Origin: Chiloscyllium plagiosum
Lineage: Eukaryota
NCBI RefSeq assembly: GCF_004010195.1
Contig: NC_057746.1
Location: 27,811,393 to 27,875,392 of the forward strand
Direction of reading: 5' to 3'
Length of the DNA: 64,000 nt
The notes under the pieces are model-generated. The model was not told the origin of the DNA, searched no databases, and saw only the letters and a list, made by a program, of their open reading frames with translations. Made by a program: the position numbers and the translations under genes. Below, piece after piece: positions 52,231-64,000 of the stretch (its first letter is position 1; each line of letters begins with the position of its first letter).

Positions 52231-52949
52231 CACCTCATTGTACTCATCCTCCTCCTTAACCCCACCCCGTTTTCTTCCTTCTTCCCAAATCCCCAACGGC
52301 ACTTTCTATACTCCCGCCCTCTTCACTCCTCTCTTACATTTTCCATGCGTAGCCATTCCTTCTTCACCTTCTCCAACTCTCTCAATCACCCCAAATGCCT
52401 CCTCATCATTCCACCTTCTCACAGCAGCCAGTTTAGTCCACCCCAATCCTCATGCACCAACTGTATCGCAAGGGTATTGGGAGGTTATGACCAGTACCTC
52501 TGCAGGGAATATTAATGAGAGGGTCTACGAGAATTTGGAAAGTATGAAGGGTTTGACAGAGTAAATAAGGAGAGACTGTTTCCAGTGGCAAAGGGATCAC
52601 TAAGCAAAGGGATGGAATGTAGGGTCATTAGAAAAGAAGTAGAGTGAGGTGTGTGGGGAGTTTCACATCGCCAGTTATGAATGCAGAGCCTCCTAGTGGC
52701 CTGAGGAAAGCTATAACAGTATATTCCAAAATTTAACTGTGAGCACTTCAATGTAAAGACTATTGGAGAATGGGGTGCAGTGAAGAGATAGCAGGAGGTG
52801 GTGATAAATTAACTCGATGGGCACTAGATGAATACTTCAAACAAGACAACCTCTGTGCCCTATTGACGATATTCTGCTCCTTCTGATTTTCTGATCTTGT
52901 GTTGCTTCCCACCTGAAACAGGTGGATATCCCTCTGTCCATCTCAGGAC

Positions 52950-53669
52950 TGTTACGACATGGGATAAACTCTACTGCTTAATTTAAAACCAGCAACACAC
53001 AAAAGATTTATCCTGTGCAGCAATTTCTGAAAATTGAGAGGCCAAGAATTATTTAAGGTAAAAATTAACAACTTTATTTCTTAATGTATAACAGAGAATA
53101 ATAAATGATAACTATTTCCAACTCCATCATCTAACCTAACGTTTACCTTCACCTTCCACAATACACATCGGATAAAACTCCTAATTAAGATTTACAAAAC
53201 AAAACTTCTTATCTTAAAACCAGGCAGCTTTCGGTTCTTCTATTTGGATCTCCTTATGTCTTCTTTTCTTCATCTTAGGGATTTTGCTTCACATGTTACT
53301 GATTGCTTAACATACTTTTAAGAGAGCTATTTTTCAGGCAGTCTTTTACATGCTGGTAGCTGGGCACTTCTCCTCTCAACTGTTCAATTTTCCCAGGTCT
53401 TATACTCCCAAAGCATCGGCATGTGTCATTGGCTTTTAAGATTGTCACTATACTAAATTCAAACTGGATTGGAGTTTGGTATTGTTTGGGATATAATTTA
53501 AACTGATGGGCCTAATTCGAATCGGTTTTGTCGTTTCCATATAACCACCTACTTAGCTACCCCCGTAACTGGAGCACCTGTTACATTGTACCTTATTGAG
53601 AACACTTGGTGCTGTCACTGCTAGCTTTTAACTCTCTTAAAGGTACAGTACACCCACAACTTCATAACA
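52950..53669 (-). mobile_element. Solo LTR (720 bp)
   Basis: TGTTACGA...TCATAACA inverted termini; 4-bp TSD GGAC at 52946-52949 and 53670-53673. Confidence 0.8.
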
Positions 53670-54159
53670 GGACCAGACCCAAGAGGGGTTGGCTGTTATG
53701 TCTGTGTAAATTTTAGTAAAATTTCCATTTAATCAGGCCAGAGGCTCATCATCTGAATGATTTAAAGTTAGAATATATAGCATACAAATACAAGGTATGG
53801 GGGAAATATCAAATAATAGAAAAACAATGTATTGATTTCAATTTAATTCCATTTTGATGACCACAGCCTCTGGTTCTCTGACTATTTTTATTGAAGAATC
53901 ACATTTCAAATGGATTAATGATCAGGCGACAACACCAACATCCCAAGAATTTATAATGTGGTATATAACTTTAAACAAAAAATTGTACAGTGTCTTTTAA
54001 AATTAATTTAAATAAATGAAATTTTAGGACAATTTCACTCATGTAGACAATGATAGGTACATCAATAAATCAGAGAATCATAACTTTAATTCTACTAATA
54101 GTCTGGTGTATACTAATTGAAATCAATTTATTTAATTAAACATTAGCAATTAATGACAA

Positions 54160-55052
54160 TAGACAATAGGTGCAGGAGTAGGCCATTCAGCCCTTCAAGC
54201 CTGCACCGCCATTCAATATGATCATGGCTGATCATTGCTAATCAGTATCCTCTTCCTGCCTTATCTCCATAACCCTTGATTCCACTATCTTTGAGAGCTC
54301 TATCCAACTCTTTCTTAAATGAATCCAGAGACTGGGCCCCCACTGCCCTCTGGGGCAGAGCATTCCACACAGCCACCACTCTCTGGGTGAAGAAGCTTCT
54401 CCTCATCTCTGTCCTAAATTTTTAAGCTGTGTCCTCTGGTTCAGCACTCACCCATCAGCGGAAACATGCTTCCTGCTGCCAGAGTGAAGCACTAAGTGAT
54501 GGTCTTTCCCTCTGCCCAGTCCCAGTGAGAAACCCTAGTAAACCGAATCTACAAAATCATTACATAAAGCCATTGCAATCAAAATAAACAGAAACATTGC
54601 TAGCAGTTCTTTTGACATGTTCCATCATGGGAGTTGCATGGTACTTAATCTCTCCGAGTTATGTCCAGTCCAAACACTGCATTGTTCAGGACTTACGGAG
54701 CATGAAGTGCTAATAACGTCTTCAGGAAATTAACTTGTCAAATGTTAACAAAACTCAATGCAACAAATATTACAAGTGAAAATTAGTGAATGGGGTGTGG
54801 CATTTCGCATGTCAGTCGATATTTGCTAATGTTATTGCTGATACCATCTTCTAGATCATTAACATATATTGTAAAAAGCTGCGGTCCCAGCACGGATCCC
54901 TGCGGTACCCCACTGGTCACTGCCTGCCATTCCGAAATGGAGCCGTTTATCACTACCCTTTGTTTCCTATCAGCCAACCAATTTTCAATCCAATCTAGTA
55001 CTTTGCCCCCAATACTATGCGCCCTAATTTTATTCACTAACCTCCTGTGTGG
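54160..55052 (-). mobile_element. CR1 fragments (3' end about 54160-54485; RT about 54820-55052)
   Basis: [23 protein letters not shown]. Confidence 0.75.
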
Positions 55053-55119
55053 GACATATACACCCGCTAAATTTACATATCATATTCACTACAGATTGTC
55101 AAATCAATCTTCACTACAT

Positions 55120-55580
55120 CAGAAAGTGAGGACTGCAGATGCTGGAGATCAGAGTCGAGAGCATGGTGCTTGAAAAGCACAGGTCAGGCAGAATCCGAAG
55201 AGCAGGGGAATCAATGTTTCGAGCATAAACTCTTCATTAGGAATGAGGCTTGTGGACCGGAGGGCTGACCACACCGGTTTATTTATTTTCCCACTTTATC
55301 CCAGGCCCAACCTTCTAACTCGGCACTGCCTCTTGACCTGTCCATTGTTTTTCCCACCTATCTGCTCCACCCTCCTCTCTGACCTATCACCTTCTCCCCC
55401 ACCTTCATCTACCTATTGCATTCTCAGCTGGCTTCTCCCCCAGCCCCACCCCCTCCCATTTATCTCTCAGCTCCCATCCCTGGCCCATAAGCCTCATTCA
55501 TGATGAGGCCTTATGCTCGAAACTTCAATTCTCCTGCTCCTTGGATGCTGCCTGACCTGCTGTGCTTTTCCAGCACCACA
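55120..55580. mobile_element. Penelope-type insertion with inverted terminal repeats
   Basis: GAAAGTGAGGACTGCAGATGCTGG head; TGATGAGGCCTTATGCTCGAAAC near 55503. Confidence 0.65.
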
Positions 55581-55924
55581 ATCTTCATTATAGTCTTACT
55601 CCATATAGATGTTCAAGATAGATTACTGTTTCAATGTGGCTTCAAATCTGCCATTAATTTGGTATACATGGCATTCAAATAAAAGGTGTGGAATAATATT
55701 GAGTAAAACAAAAATATGTGTTGAGCTTATTATTCTTGGCTTTAATAAGATGTCAATTCAGTTTTGATGAGCAAAGCCCTCTGTTCTCTAGTTATTTTTT
55801 GTTGAAGAAAGCCATTTCTGGAATGCTAAGCTGACTTCGCTCTCCACCTGTGACTGAGATCAACATCCATCAGTTTACAGCTGGCAGGGGCAAGGTGGAG
55901 GGTGCGAAATTATAGACTGATCTG

Positions 55925-56475
55925 TCAGTGCCCTTTAATCCCGCAGATCGTCAGTGGGGCGGAGTTTTTCCCGTTAAGTTTTGGTCCCGTATAGAAGAAG
56001 GGGAATAGCCTCTCAATGAAAGTGTGGGTGAAAGTGTGGAGATGGGACATGGTGTCCGCATTGTAAAATGACACCTGTCCAGCCTCATAGTCCAGGAAAA
56101 CCCCGATCTTCCAGGGATTCACACGTGGGGAGAGGAGGATCCGTGTGGGTGAGGTGGCAGCAAAATAACCACTTCCAGGACTGAGCCTCACAATCCAGTG
56201 TCCGGTTCCTGGGTTTGGATAAATTCCACTTTTCCTCTCCACAGACTCTTGGGCCACTCCCAGACCCCACCGGGTTTTCTCCCCCACCTCCACCTCCCAG
56301 TAATGTCTCCCTGATGTGAATCCCTCTGCTCCAAGGACACAAAACCAGGGATCAAATCTCTGTGGGGAGTCAGGGAGCAGCTGCGATTTGTCTCCGAGTC
56401 TCACACTGGTCCGGTCCTCAGACAGGATGAGCTGGGGATGTGCTGTGTTCGGATCCAGAGTCAGAGAGGCTGGAG
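55925..56475 (-). CDS. TRIM gene C terminal exon: intact B30.2 (PRY-SPRY); upstream exons presumably beyond 64000
   Basis: 551-nt open exon, same size and phase as in gene A: [18 protein letters not shown]...GRHYWEVEV...[12 protein letters not shown]...ICGIKGH*; acceptor CCCCAG|CTCC. Confidence 0.9.
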
Positions 56476-57614
56476 CTGGGGAAAGAAACAGAACAACCAC
56501 AATCAGTGACAGGCAAAGGAAGGGGTTAGGGTTGGAGAGTTGAAAAAAAGGCAGTTGGTGATTTCGACAGGGATAGGATGTGTTGTGGGAATGCATTTGG
56601 GGAGAACGTGAAACAGGAGGAAATAATGTACATGGCAAAGTGGGACATCGAGACGGTCGGACCACAGAGTTGGGACTGAGTGAGAGGGTGATCAAGAGGG
56701 AATGAGTGATGGGGATGGGACAGTGAAGAAGTGAAAAGTAATGAGTGTCGAAGAAGTGAAAAGTAATGAGTGTCAAAGAGTGAAAAGGAAGGGAGTAGGA
56801 CTTGGGGAAGACAAGGCAGGGGAAGGGAAGGATTAAAACAGAAGGAGAGGGCAGCTGAGGCAGGTGGACGTTGGGTGAAAGAAGGGATGGGTGGAAAGGC
56901 AGGGGAGTGTGAAGAAGAAGCAAGAGGATTCCAAGGATGTTGGAAGTCAACAGTGTCATGGACGTGTGAGAAAGTGAAACTGAGAGGGAGGAAGAGTTTA
57001 TGAATAAACAAGAGAGAAGGTGATGGGTGTAGGAGAAGATAAGTATGAGGTGAATAGTGAGCTGGGGAAAGGGGACGCAAGTGTTCGGAAGAGCTGGATT
57101 GAAGTGTCTGAGAATGAGGGTTATAACACAGTGAATGAGATTGGGACAGACAGGAGAGAGGGAAAGCAGAAGAGGGGACTAAGAGCAGAGTGATGGAAGG
57201 ATAGTTTGGAGAGGATTAGGATTAGGAGTAAATGAGGGGAGATTAATCTGTAGGGAGTTAATAGCGAGCAGGGAAGTGAGAGTATGTGAGGTAGAGTAAT
57301 GGAGAGTTTGCTGAGAGATGGGAGTGTGAGGGGGTGACAGTTGAAAAAAGGATACAAGGAAGACTGAGGTTGGATAATAGAGAGAAGATAATAGAGATAA
57401 TAGGTTCAGGGAGAGCAATGCTTAAGGATAGGATGAATGGAAGGCAATCGGATGCAGAGGGCAAGGGTGGAGTGAATTTAAGGAAGAGAGACCCAGATGG
57501 GAAGGCAAGCTAAGGGATACAGAAGGTGAGGAGCTGGAGAGGCTGCAGGTTGAGTGGAGTCTGTTTGAGACATAGACTGATGTGGTAGGGAATAGAGAGC
57601 TGAAAGGCAGCTGA

Positions 57615-59580
57615 GCATGTTGTGGTTGTACAGGACATTGGTTATCCCACTTTTGGAATATTGTGGGCAATTCTGGTCTCCTTCCTATTGGAAGGATGTT
57701 GTGAAACTTGAAAAGGTTCAGAAAAGATTAACAAGGATGTTGCCAGGATTGGAGAATTTGATTTGGGTTGAGATATCTGGTCGGCATGAAGGGTTGGAAC
57801 AAAGGGTCTGTTTTTTTGTACTGTACATCTCTATGACTCTGTGACTGTACATACCTTAGACGGTGTTTAAAATGTGATAAAGACAGAAATAAATTCTGGG
57901 AAATACTATGTAAGTAAGATTGTATTGGGAAGGAGGCACTGAAGAACCATGACATAAGTTTAAAAAAATGTGGTGGAAAAATTACTGGGATTGTAAGCTG
58001 ATATACACAAACATAGGAATTACACACAGAGCTAAATCATTTGGCTTCTTCAGTTTGTTCCACCATTCAATAAGATAATGGCTGATCCTAACATCCAGAG
58101 GGGAACATGCTAGAGTCTATCAGAAATGACTTTCTAATGATTTGGAAATCATTGACAGAATTAGCTAAAGTCAGCATGGGTTTAAGAAAGGGAACTCCTG
58201 TTGAATCTAAATAAATGAATTTGCAATGATTTGAGGCATAATCTGGTGATAAGTTGGGGAGTGTTACTTGAATGGATGACGGTAGAGAGGCAAAGAGGGC
58301 GTGGAGGAACAGTAAGGATTGTTCAGTCCGATCTGCCATAAGAAAAAAACTGGAAAGGATGTCTGACAAGTATAATAAGGGAAATTAAGGATCATTTAAG
58401 AACAAGGAAGTGGCAGAGATATTGGCAAAAAAAAAGCAAGACACCTGAGGTTTGGGAAGTTTTGATTTCAGCAAAAGGTGGCTCAAGACTTAAATAAGAT
58501 TTGGAGAACAATAGAATATGAGAGTAAGGTTGCTGAGAGCATACAAACGGATTGTCAAATTTTCGATCTATATATAAAGAGAAAATGTTTATTGAAAGCA
58601 AATGCAGTTCCTTGAGAGTGAGAAACAAGGGAACTTATAATGGGTAAAAAGAGAGATGGCAGGTCAATTAAGTACACACTTTGTTGCATCTTCACAAAAG
58701 GAGCACAGAAATAATATCCCAAAAATGTTATCGAACAGAGGGCCTACTGAGAAGGAAGAACTGTAAGAAATCTGTCTTCATAGGAAGTGCCACAGTGGAA
58801 AGTGCTGCTTAAAGGCTGCTAATCCCCAGGGCTTCATGAGGAATTGGCCCCAGAAATAATAGATGAATCACTCATCATCTTTCAAGATGGTATGAACTCT
58901 GGAATAGTTTCCATGCATTGGGGGGTAGCTAGTGTAACCTCACGATTAAAAAATAACCACAGTAAGTACCGAGAAAACAGGGAATTAAAAATCGGCCTGA
59001 CATCAATCGTGGAGAAAAGCTATAGCCGATTATAAAAGATTTAATAGTGCAGCACTTAGGAAAAATATAGCAATCAAATAGACTCAGCAGCAATTTACAA
59101 GTGGAAATTATGCTTGACATATTAACTGGAATTATTTGAGGATATAACTAGCAGGTTTAATGTGGTTTATTTGGACTTTCAGAACACTTTTGATAAGATT
59201 TCACATATGAGCTTAGTGTGTAGAATTAAAATGCATGTGCTTGACGGTAGCGTACTGAGACGACTGGTTTACAATCAGGAAACAGAATGGGAACAAACTG
59301 TACTTTTTCCAAAATGCAGGTAACGAATAGTGGTGTACTGCAGGGATCAGTGCTTGGTTCCTCCATTCACAACATACATGAATGATTTAGATGAGGGAAC
59401 GAAATATAAAATTACATCCAATTATTTTGGGCCTTGGTGAAACCACATCTGGCTCATTTCAGACAGCTTTGTTCCCTTATCGGAGAAAGGGTGTTCTTGC
59501 TAATGTGGAGAAGGTTTCACAATCTGATTACTAGCATGGCAAGACTGTACCATGAAGAGAGACTGAATCAGTGTACTGTT
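57615..59580 (+). mobile_element. Degenerate CR1 fragments
   Basis: LYRTLV.PLLEYCGQFWSP (57617-57844); decayed RT motifs at 58840-59400. Confidence 0.65.
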
Positions 59581-59780
59581 AGGCTCAAAATGATCTCATT
59601 AAACCAAACCATTAAGGGTTAATTGTTAAGGGTTAATTGCACATGACAATAAGTAATTGAAGTGAAGTGAAAAATAAGCTTGGTGTAAAACACAGCCTAT
59701 TTTGGCTGAAAGATAATTGCATGATCTTGATTGTCTGTCGGGGCCATTTTAATACAGTTAACGCTGAGCCATAATGGAAT

Positions 59781-61440
59781 GTAGAACATAGAACACAGAT
59801 CATATAACAATACAGTGCAGAACAGGCCCTTCGGCGCTTGATGTTGCGCCGATCTGTGAACTATTCTCAGCTTGTCTCTTTACACTATCCCAAAGTCATC
59901 CATGTGCTTATCTAAGGATTGTTTAAATCTCCCTAATGTGGCTGAGTTGGCTACATTAGTAGATAGGCCATTCCATGCCCTTACCACTCTGCGTAAAGAA
60001 CCTGCCTCTGATACCTGTCTTAAATCTATCACCCCTCAATTTGTAGTTATGCCCCCTCATACATGCTGACATCATCATCCTAGGAAATAGACCTTCACTG
60101 TCTACCCTATCTAATCCTCTGATCATCTTGTATGTCTCTACCAAATCCCCTCTTAGCCTTCATCTTGTCAATGAGAACAGGTTCAAGTCTCTCAGCCCTT
60201 CTTCATAAGGCCTTCCCTCCAAGACCAGGCAACATCCTGGTAAATCTCCTCTGCACCTTTTCCAATGCTTCCACATTGAACCTGAAATATGGGGACCAGA
60301 ACTGTACACAATATTCCAAGTGTGGCTGCACCAGCGTTTCGTATCATCGCAGCATGATATTGCAGCTCCAGAACTCAATCCCTCTACAAATGAAACCTAA
60401 CACACCGTATGCCTTCTTAACAGTACTATCCACCTGGGTGGCAACTTTCAGGGACCTACGTACATGGACTCCAAGATCGCTCTGCACATCCACACTACCA
60501 AGAATCTTTCTATTGACTCAGTACTCTGCCTTCCTGTTATTCTTCCCAAAGTGCATCACCTCACAGTTAGCTGCATTAAATTCCATTTGCCACCTCTCAG
60601 CCCAATTCTGCAGTTTATCCAAGTCCCCCTGCAACCTGTAACATTCTTCCAAACTGTCCACTACTCCACCGACTTTAGTGTCGTCTGCAAATTTACTAGC
60701 CCATCCACCTATGCCTGCATTTAAGTCATTTATAAAAATAACAAACAGCAGTGATCCCAAAACAGATCCTTGTGGTATACTACTAGTAACTGGACTCCAG
60801 ACTGAATATTTTCCATCAACCACCACTCGCTGCCTTCTTTCAGAAAGCCAGTTTCTAATCCAAACTGCTAAATCACCCTCAATTCCATGCCTCTGCATTT
60901 TCTCCATCAGCCTACCATTTGGAGACTTATCAAAGGCTATACTGAAGTCCATGTATACCACATCAACTGCCCTACCCTCATCTACATGCTTGGTCACCTT
61001 CTCAAAAAACTCAATGACGTTTGTGAGACACAACCTGCCCTTGACAAAACCATGTTGACTATCTGAAATCAAATTGTTGCTTGATAGATGATTATAAATC
61101 TTATCTCTTATAATCCTTTCCAGAACCTTTCCTACAACAGAAGTAAGGCTCACTGGTCTATAATTACCTCTACTGCCCTTCTTGAACAAGGGCACAATAT
61201 TTGCAATCCTCCAGTCCTCTGGTACCAAACCTGTAGACAATGTTGACTCAAATATCATTGCCAAAGTCTCTGCTATCTCCTCCCTAGCTTCCCAGAGAAT
61301 CCGGCCTAGGGACTTGTCTACTTTCACTCCTTCTAGAATTGATAACACCTGTTCTTAACTAATCTTGATCCTTTCTTGTTTAATACCTCATACCTCATTC
61401 TTCTCCTATACAATATTCTCCTTTTCCTGAGTGAAAACCA
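59781..61440 (-). mobile_element. CR1 LINE (RT to 3' tail)
   Basis: ORF 60518-61348 with complete RT motifs ([21 protein letters not shown]). Confidence 0.93.
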
Positions 61441-62689
61441 ATGAGAAATCGAATGTCTGGAAAAGTAAGTACGATGAAATGGTGATCCAGTGCATAACCA
61501 GAACAGTATTAACATCAGGAAGTTTGTCCTACACTTGGGACTTTCCCCATCAGAATGGGTCCGTGACACCAGAGCCATGGAATTTCCCATTAGACTGGAA
61601 TTCAAGGACAGTGCTGTGAAAACTGAGGTACTGCTCTGAGTTCCAGCCATCCTTCAGGAACGTCTGACAGGCGGATGACAACGAGATTAGTTTGTTCAAT
61701 ATGTCAAAATTCATTCAGACTGGTAGATACACTCATTAGTTTGCATATGCCTAAAGCAGATTAAGCTTTAAGTGTTCTTTTTCTCTTGAAGGAATTGCTG
61801 GAGATAACAGCAGAAATAACCTAATGTATTTGTTACTTAATTGTCCTCCTCAACACTTACACCAAAAAGACCATCACTAAAATGTGCGACTTCATTATAA
61901 ACACATTGCTGTTTTACTGGTTTTGCTGCATGTAGGTTTGTTCACTCAGTTCCAACATTACAACAGTGGATATTATTCAAAAATCCTTCACTAGTTCAGA
62001 AACACTTTGCACCATGCTATGGGTGTTGTAAGGTGGTATTAAATAGAAGGTTATACTGCTTTCTTAATCTTCCTTGTAATGATTTCTCTGTGATTTGGAG
62101 GGGAATTCATGGTTCTCACTGCTGCTCATAGTCTCTCTTTCCCTCTCCCTTGTCACTCATATTCCAAGCATCCTAAGTAATGTAGCTCTCCTCATGCAGA
62201 ACTGATGGCAGAATGTTTACCAATTTCCTCAAGAAAGCCTCAGCAATTTCCTGCACTCTCTTCAAAACATGTGTAAAACTGGCTGGGAACATGACATTGA
62301 AGCCCATCCCTCGAAATGAATTAAACATCCGATCAAATTCATAGAGTGATCAGTTCATTCACTGCTTGATTAATTAGATTGCTCCTAACATAAGCCTCAC
62401 CATAAGCAAACTATGTTATCACCATTCATTATGGACGTTTATGGATATCTCAGATTTGTTGTATAATCTGTGACTGCGTTCAACCTATAAACAGCTATCT
62501 CTTCATTGTTTTGAACCTTGAACAGTTCAGTAAGGGCACAGCACTCCCTTCTTTATTCAGCACAGAGTCACAGATTCTGATAAACTTAAATTAGCTAGAA
62601 CCCTAGAGTCATACAGCACTCAAGCAAGCCCTTTGGACCAGATTTCATTATTAATCAGGTAAAGGCCAAGTTGAGTTTTTTTTATATCT

Positions 62690-64000
62690 GCAGCCCAGGA
62701 ACAGGCTCTTCAGTCCTCCAAGCATGAACCGATCCAAATGTACTGTCTAAACCTGTCGGTCAATTCCTAAGCATTTATATCCCTCTGCTCCCCACCTACT
62801 CATACATCTGTCCAGATGCATCTTAAATGAATCTACCGTGCCTGCCTCTACCACCTCTGCTGGCAACGCATTCCAAATGCCCACCACCCTCTGTGTGAAG
62901 TACTTATCACGTGTATCCCCATTAAACTTTCCACTTCTGACCTTGAAAGCATGACCTCTTGTTATTGAATCCTTCACCCTGGGAAAAAGCTTGTCTCTAT
63001 CCACTTCAATAATTTTGTAAACCTCAATCAGGTCCCCCCTCAACCTCCTTTTTTCTAGTGAAAATAAATCTAACCTACTCAACCTTTCTTCACAGCTATC
63101 ATTTCTATACCAGGCAACATCCTCGTAAACCTTCACTGCACCCTCTCCAAAGTGTCCACATTCTTTTGGTAATGTGGCGACCACAACTGTACACAGTATT
63201 CTAAATGCAGCCGAACCAATGTCTTGTACAATGTTAACATGACTTTCCAGCTCTTATATTCAATACCCCATCCTATGACAGCAAGCATTTTATATGCTTT
63301 CTTGACCATTCTATCCACCTGTGCAGCAACCTTCAGGGTACAATGGACCTGCACTCCCAGATCTCTCTGCCCATCAACCTTTCCCAAGGCTCTATAATTA
63401 GACTTGCCTAAATGCATCACCTCACATTTGTCTGGATTGAAAGCCATCTGCCACTTTTCTGCCCAAATCTCCAGTCTATCTATATCCTCCTGTATTCTCT
63501 GACAGTTCCTTATGCTTTCTGCTAGTCCACCAATCTTTGCATCATCTGCAAACTTGATTATCATACCAACAGTGCCCACTTCTAGATCATTTATGTGTAT
63601 TAAAAACAACATTGGCCCCAATATTGACCTCTGTGGAACACCACTGGTCACCTTTTCCCATTTCAAGAAACTCCCTTCAACTACTACTCTCTGTCTCCTG
63701 TTGCTCAACCAGTTCTTTATCCACCTAGCTAGAACACCCTGCACACCATGTGACTTCACTTTCTCAATTAATCTACAATGGGGAACCTCATCAAGTGCCT
63801 TACTAAAGTCCATGTATATGACATCAATAGCCCTTCCTTCATCGCTCAACTTGGTCACTTCCTCGAAGAACTCTATTAAGTTCGTAACGTATGATCTCCC
63901 TCGCACAAAACCATGTTGCCTATCATTGATAAGCTCATTCTTTTCTAAATATAAATAGATTCTATCTCTCAGTACCCTCTCCAGCAACTTCCCCACCACT
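62690..64000 (-). mobile_element. CR1 LINE (RT to 3' end), continues beyond the window
   Basis: ORFs 63133-63999 and 62747-63184. Confidence 0.93.

Noticed and set aside
56476-56959. N-terminal 160 aa of the 344-aa ORF 55925-56959
   Set aside because: Low-complexity L/P/S/F sequence from a stop-poor pyrimidine intron tract; the real exon starts at the AG acceptor at 56475.

Overview
Eukaryotic, repeat-dense vertebrate DNA, most likely from a cartilaginous fish (shark), judged from the HE1-type tRNA SINEs, abundant CR1 LINEs and Penelope elements. The window lies in a tandem cluster of minus-strand TRIM (RING-B-box-coiled-coil + B30.2/PRY-SPRY) genes. From right to left: (C) an intact terminal B30.2 exon at 55925-56475 whose 5' exons lie beyond the window; (A) a complete, apparently intact 6-exon gene at 42259->27481 (1431 nt, 476 aa) with ISRE/GAS/ETS-like motifs upstream; an orphan, disabled B30.2 exon at 15977-16526 with no visible RBCC exons of its own; and (B) a pseudogene at 10589->6447 (frameshift plus stops) whose proximal promoter is replaced by a Gypsy-type LTR element. 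The last intron of gene A carries a ~7 kb decayed retrovirus-like element (pol/integrase, a putative fusion-protein-like env, PPT and 3' LTR) that is absent from the paralogous intron. Intergenic and intronic DNA holds CR1, Tx1 and Rex1 LINE fragments, SINEs, solo LTRs, nested insertions, and many Penelope terminal repeats with hammerhead-ribozyme cores, several arranged as near-perfect hairpins with target-site duplications. Two assembly gaps are present. All calls were made by eye; repeat boundaries are approximate.
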